Of a DNA stretch of 64,000 bases, positions 37,966-47,503 are shown in pieces; the stretch's first letter is position 1; each line of letters begins with the position of its first letter. Under the pieces are notes generated by a model, which was given only the letters and a program-made list of their open reading frames with translations, did no database searches and was not told the origin of the DNA. The DNA comes from Chloroflexia bacterium (lineage in GTDB: Bacteria > Chloroflexota > Chloroflexia > QHBQ01 > JADMIH01): NCBI GenBank assembly GCA_035474135.1, contig DATINP010000184.1, forward strand, positions 9-64,008, read 5' to 3'. Both the position numbers and the translations under genes were made by a program.

Positions 37966-38103
37966 ATGACGAATTTGATTGTCGTTCTCGACCAAGGCGC
38001 GATAATAGGATTCTGTACACATGATGAGCTACTTCTGCGAGCTAGGCCCTATGCTGAACTTTTCAGGATCCAGACCGAACGCTACCGCCAAATTACGCAT
38101 TAG
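37966..38103 (+). pseudogene. 3' remnant of an ABC exporter ATP-binding gene
   Basis: Hand translation MTNLIVVLDQGAIIGFCTHDELLLRARPYAELFRIQTERYRQITH* matches the typical C-terminus (IxVLxxGxIxExGTHxELLxxxxxYAxLFxxQ); the rest of the gene is absent. Confidence 0.7.
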
Positions 38104-38244
38104 AGAGATGCTTTATCACGCCCGCAACTGGACTTAGAGCCACCAAGAGCCGAACCTTTATCATACCCCACGTATAGTTAATATAGGGTACATGATGCAT
38201 TGCACTTCCGCACCTCTAAATTAGCGATGAAATATGGAGGGAGA

Positions 38245-38808
38245 ATGGATGAAAAGAGCGCAATAGCGCAGATGAAGCAAGGGAATATAGATGGATTAGA
38301 AACGATTGTAAAGCGGTATGAGAGCAAAGCAATTGAGACTTCCTACCTAATTAGTCACGATGCTGCTCTCGCTGAGGACATTGTTCAAGCAGCTTTTCTA
38401 CGTGCGTTCGAGCGCATTGGTCAGTTTGACAGCCAACGCTCATTCGGACCGTGGTTCTTGAGGAGTGTGATCAACGATACGCTCCGAGCACTCGAGCGTG
38501 GTAGTCATATCTTGGGGAACATAGACACACTTGATCAGCACGAGCTTGAGCGCCTTGCTAGTGCCAAGGATGATCTCTATGACGAACTAGAAGCAGCAGA
38601 AACGAAGGATGAAATATTGTTAACCCTATCTCGTTTATCGCCGGTTCAGCGTGCTGCTATTGTGTTACGCTATTATCTTGACTTAAGCGAAATTGAAATG
38701 GCTCAGATGCTTGATTGCCCCAAGGGAACAGTCAAGCGGCGCTTGCATGATGCACGCAAGAACCTGCGCCAATTGCTCCCAAAGTGGATCAGACAGACAG
38801 GCGAATAG
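38245..38808 (+). CDS. ECF sigma factor
   Basis: LAEDIVQAAFLRAF, FGPWFLRSVIN, LSPVQRAAIVLRYY...EIAQML...GTVKRRL pattern; GGAGG before ATG 38245. Confidence 0.92.
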   Translation: MDEKSAIAQMKQGNIDGLETIVKRYESKAIETSYLISHDAALAEDIVQAAFLRAFERIGQFDSQRSFGPWFLRSVINDTLRALERGSHILGNIDTLDQHELERLASAKDDLYDELEAAETKDEILLTLSRLSPVQRAAIVLRYYLDLSEIEMAQMLDCPKGTVKRRLHDARKNLRQLLPKWIRQTGE

Positions 38809-38866
38809 TCATACGTCTTGTATCAAAGGAAACTACAAATGCGGGTTTCGACCGGAAGGAGAAAAA

Positions 38867-39745
38867 GTGACTAAAGAACTAATTCGAGAAGCGTTACAAG
38901 ACTTTGTCGATGAAGGAGTATCCTTACATAAATCTCTGTGGGCCTCGACACGTGAACAGCTACGTTCTGAGCTGGTACCTGGAATCACACGTAGCAAAAG
39001 AGCTGTAAGTCCGGGTGGCCCTCTGTCTGTGTTTCGTCCTAAACTGAATATATCGGCTATTCTTGTCTTGTTGTTAGGCTTTGCTGCATTCGCGACATTC
39101 TTCGCAACACGCAACACTACTCAGGCACCCGATTCACTGTCAAGTCCGAATGCTGTAGCCGCGCTGCAAGGGAATCCGATAAGCCAAGCGGTCAATGGCT
39201 ACACGGTCACCCTTTACCCTTCATATGCACCTGAAGGATGGTTGAGTCTTTCTTATATTGTCATCGATGGACAGGGGCACAAACTCCCGTTATTCGACTT
39301 AACAGAAAATGGCTTGTATGTCAACTATGGCAACAATACAATGGAGGATGCAACAAAGCCTAATTTGGTTGACGCTGAAGGACATAGCTATCCGGTAATC
39401 GGCGTAGGCCCAAGTTTTGCCTGGTCAAATCCTACGCAGGATACACAGAAGGTTCCAATTACTGATCTTGATGCGCACAGAATTGAGGGTGGACAAGGTA
39501 AGGGGGCATGCTGCCTCGCCGACGCTGATGTAGTAATGTGGAATTTTGATCCGCTATCGAATGTCACTCAGGACACCACCCGCAATATGCACTTGGAGAT
39601 CACAGTGTTCTTGCCCGAAGACGCGCTACAAGCCAAACCCAATGAAAGCGAGAACACCTCTGGGATCATAAACTTGCAATCGCTGAACTATAAGGACACA
39701 GTAGAATCGCGTCTCGCATTCGACTTCAGCCTTCCATCGAAATAA
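38867..39745 (+). CDS. Putative membrane-anchored anti-sigma factor
   Basis: Follows the ECF gene; short cytoplasmic N-terminus, one TM helix (ISAILVLLLGFAAFATFF), extracellular domain; AAGGAG before GTG 38867. Confidence 0.6.
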   Translation: MTKELIREALQDFVDEGVSLHKSLWASTREQLRSELVPGITRSKRAVSPGGPLSVFRPKLNISAILVLLLGFAAFATFFATRNTTQAPDSLSSPNAVAALQGNPISQAVNGYTVTLYPSYAPEGWLSLSYIVIDGQGHKLPLFDLTENGLYVNYGNNTMEDATKPNLVDAEGHSYPVIGVGPSFAWSNPTQDTQKVPITDLDAHRIEGGQGKGACCLADADVVMWNFDPLSNVTQDTTRNMHLEITVFLPEDALQAKPNESENTSGIINLQSLNYKDTVESRLAFDFSLPSK

Positions 39746-39818
39746 GTATCGTTGTGTCGGACCGTTGCCAGAGATTCGGGAGAGTGAATGAGCTAGCGCT
39801 CCTTTCCATCTAGGCTCA

Positions 39819-39980
39819 GGGGCGGCTCGTTTGCGGTGACTGGCCCGCGACTACGATCGGCTACCTGAAACACTGGCAGGCTTGCAACTTGTTGCCTACA
39901 CCATAATCACGGCTGCACGCTTTGTCCAAGGTGCTCAGTCTTCAACCAACATGACTGTGGACGTCCATAACACGCTCTAA
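39819..39980 (+). mobile_element. IS5-family transposase 3' remnant with probable right end
   Basis: Hand translation GAARLR*LARDYDRLPETLAGLQLVAY...VHNTL* matches the IS5-family C-terminal motif W(A/L)xRFRRLARDYERLPE; internal TGA at 39837-39839. Confidence 0.75.
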
Positions 39981-40041
39981 ATGTAGTCGAAAGGACTACA
40001 CAAAAGCTGTCCCGTTCGGGTCCCCCTACGTCATTAAGTTA
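39971..40041 (-). repeat. 71-bp dispersed element, copy D (tail replaced by the IS end)
   Basis: Reverse complement TAACTTAATGACG...GGACAGCTTTTGTGTAGTCCTTTCGACTACATTT; diverges from the other copies exactly where the IS remnant ends (39980). Confidence 0.8.
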
Positions 40042-40067
40042 ATAGAATGCATATCACGCTTGACCTA

Positions 40068-41980
40068 TCAGGGTGTGGCGGGTGGCGGCGGGTAGACCCC
40101 GATCACTTCCAGTGCGGTACGTGGGGTGATGCGCTTCCAGGGATACAGTATGCTGTTCCCGTCGTTCGAGCCGTAGCCCGGTGCGAACCTGTTCCCGTAG
40201 GGGTCGTTCACCAGCAGATTGCCGTCGCCCGTGTAACCTGTCACTACCAGGATATGGCCGTCGGACGTGAGGCGATTGCCCAGCAGCACAGGGTGGCCCC
40301 TGTCCAGCGCGCCCACGATGCCGTCCCAGGTCACCGCCACATACTGGCTTTGTAGGCCGTGCCATTCCAGTACCTGGGCCATCACGGGCCAGCTTGCCAG
40401 CCCGGTTGGGGCGATAGTCCCGTACAGGCCCGCCAGCATGTTGCCTTTCGGGTCGACTCCGGTCGCACTGTACGTGTGCCCGTTGTTCGTGTACTCGTTC
40501 GTTATGTAGGGCGCGAATGCAGCCCCGGTCAGAGGTCCCTCAGTGGCGGTGGGCGGCACGTAACCTGCCAGGCGCTCTTGCTGGTAAGTGGTCCAGGGCG
40601 CAAGCTCGCCGTAGTAGGCCAGTACCATCGCCACGGAAGTAGGGCCGCACGCCCAGTTGCCGTCGCCACCCTGTGTGTCGTTCACCTGCTGTATATACGG
40701 CACCTGCAATTGTACCTCTAGCGCCCCCGCTTCAGGCTCTACACCGAGATAGCGAGTGGCCTGTACGTCGCCCGTCGAGTAGTCGAGCGTCACAAGGCGC
40801 GTGGTGGGGTTGTCGCTCATAACCACGGACGTGCCGTCAAGCGAGCCGGTGATGGGCGAGAGTGAGGCTATAGAAACGCCGAGCGCTACCCGCTTGCCAT
40901 CCATGCCCACTCGCCACGAGCCGTGGGAATTGCCTACCAGCACGCCGCTGCCGTCCGGCGTCCACGAAAACGAGATGTACTTTTCGGCATCGCGCCTGAG
41001 CAAAACCTGGTTCAGGCCCAGCACATCGGAAGTCACGAGGCCCAGTCCGGCTGCTCCTGAGAGCCTGCCGCTGCCCTCGGCTCTCGATTCGGCTCGCGGA
41101 CTGATCGTTACGCCGGGCATAACCTGTCTCGCGTTCGAGTTAGTGGTTGCGAGCGAGAAATCACCCTCAGCCAGGAACGCGACCTTTGGCGTGGTGTTAG
41201 AAGGCCACAGGGTGTAGTTGCTGTATTTCAGGTCGGGTTGGCTCTTGATGAGAGTAGTAGGCGGGTCGCCTGACAGTGGGAGATAAACCAGGTGATCGAG
41301 TGTGCCGTCACCGCTCGTTTCGCGCCGATCTACGTACACGCCCAGCCCGTCCCCCGCGAAACCCAGCAGGCGGTCGTTGCCCGACGAGGTTTGCAGCTTG
41401 ACTGCATCGAAACCTACCGAATAGATATAGATCGTGCCGTACGCCTGGTCAACGAGGGCCGGATCGCCCGCGGCGCCGGACCGCACGAAGGCCATCGTGT
41501 TCCCCGCGGGTGACCACGCATAGGCTCCTATTCCCGTCGAGGCGTTCTTGGATAGCCCTATGCGTGCATAGTCGCCCGTCTCGACGCTTATGTTATAGAG
41601 GCTGGAACCCCCAAGCCTGTCGCCCGTTACGCGGAAAGCGACTTGTGTGGCATCAGTGGATAGTTTGGCCGAAACGTCGGCAAAGTAGACGCTGTCCACC
41701 TTTACACGAGCTATGCGCCTGTCCTTATCAACACCATCGCCCGCCATAATGTCGTAGCTGTTAGCGGAGTTGATTATCGCATAGGCGTAGGGACGTAGCG
41801 CGATTGCCTTAGCGGCTGAAGAGGGCGCAGCAAATGCTCTCAGGGTAGGAGAAACGACGACGAGCAGACAGAGCACCGGCACAATAACGCGCAATAAGCG
41901 AAACGTGCTGAGTGAAAGTGATCGGCGACCGACGACTGATGACCGACGCCCAGGCAATAGTGAAGTAGGAGGCATCATAT
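40068..41980 (-). CDS. Secreted protein: TolB-like propeller plus C39-family papain-like peptidase
   Basis: YAWSPAG and FSWTPDG propeller motifs; LQVPYIQQ...WACGPTSVAM...GHILVV...VNDPYG (Cys/His/Asp). Start approximate (track start 42023). Confidence 0.8.
41924..41951. repeat. Heptamer array (GGCGACC GACGACT GATGACC GACGCCC) in the peptidase N-terminal region
   Basis: Encodes GRRSSVVGRR on the minus strand. Confidence 0.65.
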
Positions 41981-42245
41981 GTTGATCCAGAGAATGGCAG
42001 GGACGGGACAGCACAGCAAGCACACAAGTACCCTTGCTATCCTAGAATATTACCAAACGGGGCGTGCTGTGGCAAGGGGGTAAAAGCAAGTCGTGACTCA
42101 TTCTCACACGTGGCGCACTGCGTACCACGTATCGCTATTAGCAGTCCAAATGGTACTTACTGAACGGTACAAAGGGGCTATTCCGAGTATCAGCGATTGA
42201 GCCTATAATCGGATTAGTACCAGAACCATTCGGGAGAACCATTCT

Positions 42246-44408
42246 ATGCTTATCAAACGTTTACAACAAGTGCAATCACAATCCGGCAACGGGGCTGACG
42301 ATCTATCTCAGTCAACAGACGCTGCGGATCAAAACGAGCCTGTGTCATACGATAAAGGGGTATCGCCCACTGAGGTAATGCCCGGAACCGCACCCCTCCC
42401 TCGCAATACAATTCTCCAGGGGCGCTACGATGTTGAGCAGGTGATTGGCATCGGCGGTATGAGTACGGTTTATAAGGCGCGTGACTTGCGCTTTAACACC
42501 GTGGCTCGCTACTGTGCCATCAAAGAGATGCCCGACACAGCCCCCGACCCACGCACGGGCCAACTACGGCTGGCGGTGTTCGAGCGTGAAGCGTCTTTGC
42601 TGGCGACCTTGTCGCATCCCGGCATAACGAAAATTTACGACTTCTTCTCTTCGCACGGTCGTGTGTACCTTGTACTGGAGTATATCGACGGCAAAGACCT
42701 CGAAACCCAGCTTGACCTGCGTAAAGCAGCCATGCAGGAAGACGAAGTGGTCAAATGGGCAGTGCAGATTTGTGAGGTACTGGAATACCTGCACGGCCAC
42801 CACCCACAGCCCATCGTGTTCCGCGACATGAAGCCTTCCAACATCATCGTCACCCCCGACGGCAAAGTGACCCTGATTGACTTCGGCATAGCTAAGGTCT
42901 TCCAGTCGGACAAGCGTGGCACGATGATCGGCACCGAGGGTTACGCGCCCCCTGAGCAGTATCGCGGCCTTGCCGAGCCAAGGGGCGACATCTATGCGTT
43001 GGGCGCAACCATGCACCATCTGCTCACTAACTTTGACCCTCGTACGCAGACCCCGTTCACCTTCCAGGAACGTCCCATCCGCAATTATAATTCCCGCGTT
43101 TCCGAGTACATCGAATCGGTTATCCTGCGCGCGGTCGAATACGATATAGACCGCCGGTGGCCCAGCGCGCTGGCGTTCCGGCAGGCGCTCCTCCAGAGCA
43201 ATATCTTCGATAACAGGCAAAAGAGGCGCCAGTCGGGAGAACTGGACGCGGAAAGCGAATCTTTCCTTCCCTCCTCCCAGGTTCCCAAACTCTCAAGCTC
43301 TATTTCCGACCTCGGGTACGACTCCGACTCAGATAGCAGTAACTCGAACGCCGCCCCAAGCGGTATGCTTGTTCAGCCACCCAATATCCGGCCACCCGCG
43401 CAATCCTCCGCCCCCACAGGCCTGGCTAATGTACAGGCAGGCGGCGCCCAGGTACTTTGGACGTTCACCTCGGATGACGAAATAAGGTCGTCGCCCTTGT
43501 GTGAGAAGGGCGTGGTCTTCTGCGGGTCGTACGACACCAACCTGTACGCGCTCAACGCCAAGACGGGCGACTTCCTTTGGAAAGCGCCCACCAAGGCAGG
43601 TATCTGCTCATCGCCGGTCCTGGCCGATGATGCCCTGGTAATCGGTTCCGAGGATAATTATGTGTATGCGCTTGATGCGCGGCGTGGCACACAAATGTGG
43701 TCGTATCGGACGGGAGCGCCTGTGCGCTCATCGCCTAAAGTACACAAAGACGTAGTCTTCATCGGTTCCGATGATCAGTATGTATATGCCCTACATTCGG
43801 ATACAGGCCAGGTGGCCTGGAGATACCGTACGTGGAACTTCGTACGTGGATCGGCTGCCTTTGCGCATGGCCTCGTGTTCATCGGCTCGTCCGATGGTAA
43901 CCTGTATGCTCTTGATGTGGTGAATGGAACGCTGCGCTGGAAGTTGCACACACTGGGCGCGATCATCAGCACGCCCCTCGTTATACGCAACAACGTGATC
44001 GTAGGCTCTATGGACAACTATATATATGCTGTGGACGTGGACACGGGCTTCACATCGTGGCGTTTCGAATGCCAGCGTTCTGTGTCGTCGTCACCGGCCA
44101 TGGCAGGCGAGCGCGCTATTGTAGGTTCGTCTGATGGCTTCCTGTACTGCCTGGATGGACATAATGGCCGCATCCTCTGGAACTTCGATACAGGCAGCCA
44201 GATTACCAGTTCGCCCGCTGTGTCGCTTGTAAACGATGCGATCTACTTTGGTGCGACCAATAACAATGTGTATTCACTTGACATAAACACCGGCGAAGAA
44301 CGCTGGAAATACAAAACGCGAGGCCCCGTAGTTTCATCGCCCAGCGTAGATGACGGCATAGTCTACGTGGGTTCGCTCGACAGGAAGTTGTACGCTCTAG
44401 CAGTCTAA
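42246..44408 (+). CDS. Hanks-type Ser/Thr kinase with C-terminal PQQ-like beta-propeller repeats (AfsK-like architecture)
   Basis: IGIGGMSTVY, AIKE, FRDMKPSNI, DFG, GTEGYAPPEQ; ~8 repeats of W.F...I.SSP...VY.GS.D..LYAL; no TM segment. Confidence 0.93.
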   Translation: MLIKRLQQVQSQSGNGADDLSQSTDAADQNEPVSYDKGVSPTEVMPGTAPLPRNTILQGRYDVEQVIGIGGMSTVYKARDLRFNTVARYCAIKEMPDTAPDPRTGQLRLAVFEREASLLATLSHPGITKIYDFFSSHGRVYLVLEYIDGKDLETQLDLRKAAMQEDEVVKWAVQICEVLEYLHGHHPQPIVFRDMKPSNIIVTPDGKVTLIDFGIAKVFQSDKRGTMIGTEGYAPPEQYRGLAEPRGDIYALGATMHHLLTNFDPRTQTPFTFQERPIRNYNSRVSEYIESVILRAVEYDIDRRWPSALAFRQALLQSNIFDNRQKRRQSGELDAESESFLPSSQVPKLSSSISDLGYDSDSDSSNSNAAPSGMLVQPPNIRPPAQSSAPTGLANVQAGGAQVLWTFTSDDEIRSSPLCEKGVVFCGSYDTNLYALNAKTGDFLWKAPTKAGICSSPVLADDALVIGSEDNYVYALDARRGTQMWSYRTGAPVRSSPKVHKDVVFIGSDDQYVYALHSDTGQVAWRYRTWNFVRGSAAFAHGLVFIGSSDGNLYALDVVNGTLRWKLHTLGAIISTPLVIRNNVIVGSMDNYIYAVDVDTGFTSWRFECQRSVSSSPAMAGERAIVGSSDGFLYCLDGHNGRILWNFDTGSQITSSPAVSLVNDAIYFGATNNNVYSLDINTGEERWKYKTRGPVVSSPSVDDGIVYVGSLDRKLYALAV

Positions 44409-44479
44409 TCGGGGGTTAAGATAGAGGTAGAAGTTCGGCTTCTGCTCTCTTTCTTATTCGATGCTTCGCAGGAGGTCTT

Positions 44480-44731
44480 ATGGCAAAAGTAGTAATAATT
44501 CACGTAGTAGGTGACGACCCGCTCATTGCCGAGATAGAGGAATTACCTAAACCGACCGACCAATTCATCGAGTTCACGAATCCCAAGCGCAGGGACGGCA
44601 AGGCCATCCCCTACGTGACCCAGGGTGCAAAGTCCTTCATGTTCCCCTGGCACCGCCTCACGTTCATAGAGGTTATGACCACTGACACAGAGCGCCAGGA
44701 AACGATAGAGTTCTTCCGCGAAGAGCGCTAG
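44480..44731 (+). CDS. Small hypothetical protein (83 aa)
   Basis: Strong SD AGGAGG, protein-like composition, directly after the kinase. Confidence 0.75.
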   Translation: MAKVVIIHVVGDDPLIAEIEELPKPTDQFIEFTNPKRRDGKAIPYVTQGAKSFMFPWHRLTFIEVMTTDTERQETIEFFREER

Positions 44732-44740
44732 CCGGGGACG

Positions 44741-44790
44741 GACGACAGACGACAGACGACGTACAGCTATGTCGTCTGTCGTCTGTCGTC
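44741..44790. repeat. Perfect 20-bp inverted repeat built from (GACGACA)n / (TGTCGTC)n
   Basis: 44741-44760 is the exact reverse complement of 44771-44790; 10-nt loop. Confidence 0.92.
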
Positions 44791-44809
44791 TATGTTATGA
44801 TAGCAGTAG

Positions 44810-45874
44810 ATGCGCATCCTCCTGCTCATACTGCTGCCTATAGGGGACACTCTATTTACCACGCCTGCTATTCACGCTCTGCGCAAGCGCTACCCCGATG
44901 CGCATATTACGGCATTTGTCTATCCTACGAACGCGGGCATTCTCCGTTCTAACCCCGATATCGATGAGCTTATCTTCTGGCCGACGAGGCAGACATGGCC
45001 GGGCTTCCGACATCTGATCGCTCTGTTCTGGGGCGTGCGCAAGGCGCGGTTCGACCTGGCAGTTGAGTTTTGCAACTATATCTGGTGGGTGGCTTTCCTG
45101 GGGGGAATACGCCGTCGGGTGGATATGAATTTGCCCCGTTTCTGGTGGATCGTGCCGGGCGCAGGCCGCAAATGGCGCAAGTCCCACGCAGTCGAACACT
45201 ACCTCGGCCCGGTTAAACGTCTCGGCGTCCCGGTAGAAGACGAGTCCCTGCGCATCTATCCCACCGCAGAAGAAGAAGCGCGCGCCCAGGATTGGTTGGA
45301 CAAATTCAAGGTAGGACCGGAAGAGCTTATAGTGGGTATACACCCAGGAGGCGAGGGACTGTGGGGGCAGAAGCAGTGGGCACCTGAGCGGTTCAGCCGA
45401 GTAGCCAGCGGCCTGCACGACAGGCTGGGGGGCAAGGTGCGTATCCTCCTCATGGGGGGCAAAGACGACGCGCCCCTCGCGGCCCAGATCGCGGGCAGCA
45501 CCCGTGCCTACGTGATCAACGCCACGGGGCAGACTACGCTGGGCGAAACGGCGGCCCTGGCTCGCAAGTGCGCTCTCTTTCTGGGTAACGACTCCAGTCC
45601 CCTGCACATCGCCGCTACCACAGGCACAAAAGTGGTGGGCATCTACGGCCCCACAGACCCACGAAGCTATCACCCGTGGGTGCCTGGCGGACGCGAGGGC
45701 GTGGATTACGCGGTGGTGCGCTCCAACCTGCCATGCGCCTGTGGCTTTCCGCTCTCGGGCGGCATCACCATTGCCGAAGTTTTCTTGTGTCTCCTGTGTC
45801 CCTCCCTCCGAACGATAATGCCCGGGCAGGTGTTAAATGCTTGCATGAAACTGTTGGCCACCTCGTTTGACTAA
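44810..45874 (+). CDS. Glycosyltransferase family 9 (heptosyltransferase-like)
   Basis: IGDTLFTTPAI..LR..YPDA, VGIHPG, KQWAPERF, GQTTLGETAAL, FLGNDSSPLHIAA, GIYGPT. Confidence 0.9.
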   Translation: MRILLLILLPIGDTLFTTPAIHALRKRYPDAHITAFVYPTNAGILRSNPDIDELIFWPTRQTWPGFRHLIALFWGVRKARFDLAVEFCNYIWWVAFLGGIRRRVDMNLPRFWWIVPGAGRKWRKSHAVEHYLGPVKRLGVPVEDESLRIYPTAEEEARAQDWLDKFKVGPEELIVGIHPGGEGLWGQKQWAPERFSRVASGLHDRLGGKVRILLMGGKDDAPLAAQIAGSTRAYVINATGQTTLGETAALARKCALFLGNDSSPLHIAATTGTKVVGIYGPTDPRSYHPWVPGGREGVDYAVVRSNLPCACGFPLSGGITIAEVFLCLLCPSLRTIMPGQVLNACMKLLATSFD

Positions 45875-45973
45875 CTACCTACCCGCCCATATAATCAAGG
45901 AAAGCCGGCACAATGCTGTGTCGGTGCCCGAAGTACATGTCAAAATCCACAGGTCGGGCAGAGAGGACAGACT

Positions 45974-47386
45974 ATGGAAGTCTATAACAACGTACTGGAA
46001 TTGATCGGCAACACCCCCATTGTGCGCATGCAGAGCCTTGGGCGGGGGCTGAAGCCAACACTGCTCGCCAAGCTGGAGATGTTCAACCCTGGCAACTCGG
46101 TCAAGGACCGCATAGGTATCCGCATGATCCGCGCAGCCGAGTCGGAGGGCCTCCTCCAGCGTGGAGGCACAATCGTCGAGCCGACATCGGGCAACACCGG
46201 TACGGGGCTGGCTATCGCAGCCGCTATCCTCGGCTATAAATGTGTGTTCGTTATGCCCGACAAGGTGTCGCAGGAGAAAATATCTCTGCTCAAGGCCTAC
46301 GGCGCTGAGGTGGTCACCACGCCAACCGCCGTCGCCCGCGAATCGCCCGAGAGCTATTACAGCGTGGCCGATCGCCTCACCCGCGACATAGCCGGCGCGT
46401 TCCAGCCCAACCAGTACTTCAACGCGGCCAACCCCCAGGCACATTATGACACCACAGGCCCGGAGATCTGGCGGCAACTGGCCGGCAAAATAGATGTGTT
46501 CGTTGCGAGCGTGGGTACAGGTGGCACAATCTCAGGCACGGCTCACTATCTCAAAGAGCAAAACCCCAACATCTGGGTGGTCGGCGCCGATCCCGAAGGC
46601 TCCCTCTATACGGGTGACGTGGCTCGCCCCTATAAGGTCGAGGGTATTGGCGAGGACTTCATGCCCGGCACAATGGACATGTCGTGCGTGGACGAATGGG
46701 TGACGGTTAGCGACCGCGAATCGTTTGAGACCGCTCGCAGGATCACCCGTGAAGAGGGCATTCTCGTAGGCGGGTCATGCGGCACCGCTATGTGGGCTGC
46801 ACTCCAGGTTGCTAAACGCCTCGATAAGAGCAAGACGATCCTTGTGATCCTCCCCGATACGGGGCGCGGTTACCTTTCGAAGGTATACAACGATGCCTGG
46901 CTGCGCGAAAATGGCTTCCTTGATCGGCTGCCAATCCAGGCCCGTGTGCGCGAACTGGTCAACAGGCACAGCCGCGAAATTCCTATGCTGGTCACCGTCT
47001 CAGCGAACAGGACAGTGCGCGAAGCGATTGACCTGCTCCAGCAGTACAATATCTCGCAACTCCCCGTGACGCACCACGTCGAGGGAAGTAGCGATAACGG
47101 CAAGGGCGCGGCCCCCTTCGAAGATGTCCACTCCATGGTCGGCTCTATACAGGAGCGTAACCTGCTTGAGCGCGTATTCCGAGACCCGGGCATTATTGAC
47201 AGCAAAGTCGCGGACGTGATGGACCCGCCATTCCCCCTGATGGACGTGGCCGAACCGGTCGAACACGTAGTTCCCTCACTTCTTGCCAACAACAGCGCGG
47301 TGCTGGTAGAAGAAGCGGGCAAGCCTATAGGCCTGATTACACGCAGCGATTTGCTGGAGTTTGTAGCGCACGGGCGCATCGGGTAG
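45974..47386 (+). CDS. cbs: Cystathionine beta-synthase with C-terminal CBS domains
   Basis: KLEMFNPGNSVKDR (PLP Lys), PTSGNTG, SVGTGGT, YKVEGIGEDF, PDTGRGYLSK, CBS pair. Confidence 0.93.
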   Translation: MEVYNNVLELIGNTPIVRMQSLGRGLKPTLLAKLEMFNPGNSVKDRIGIRMIRAAESEGLLQRGGTIVEPTSGNTGTGLAIAAAILGYKCVFVMPDKVSQEKISLLKAYGAEVVTTPTAVARESPESYYSVADRLTRDIAGAFQPNQYFNAANPQAHYDTTGPEIWRQLAGKIDVFVASVGTGGTISGTAHYLKEQNPNIWVVGADPEGSLYTGDVARPYKVEGIGEDFMPGTMDMSCVDEWVTVSDRESFETARRITREEGILVGGSCGTAMWAALQVAKRLDKSKTILVILPDTGRGYLSKVYNDAWLRENGFLDRLPIQARVRELVNRHSREIPMLVTVSANRTVREAIDLLQQYNISQLPVTHHVEGSSDNGKGAAPFEDVHSMVGSIQERNLLERVFRDPGIIDSKVADVMDPPFPLMDVAEPVEHVVPSLLANNSAVLVEEAGKPIGLITRSDLLEFVAHGRIG

Positions 47387-47400
47387 GGGTTGGCTAATGC

Positions 47401-47421
47401 CGTCATACGTCATACGTCATG
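47401..47421. repeat. Heptamer array (CGTCATA)x2 CGTCATG
   Basis: Read directly. Confidence 0.8.
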
Positions 47422-47503
47422 CGTAAGAAAGGATCACGAAGGTCGGGAAGATTTATGAAGGATCGGGAGTTTGGCCACATGTGACGCGTGATAGGGAGGA
47501 GCT

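Noticed and set aside
38040-38200. ECF-type autoregulatory promoter (GAACTT or GAACCT -35)
   Set aside because: Spacing to candidate -10 elements does not fit, and one site lies within the ABC remnant.
39794-39805. TAG CGC TCC TTT as a decayed ERSF motif extending the IS5 remnant
   Set aside because: Needs a stop-creating change plus a 10-nt insertion; could be chance, so it was excluded from the remnant coordinates.
45875-45973. SAM riboswitch upstream of cystathionine beta-synthase
   Set aside because: Small hairpins are present but no S-box core motifs, and the leader is short.
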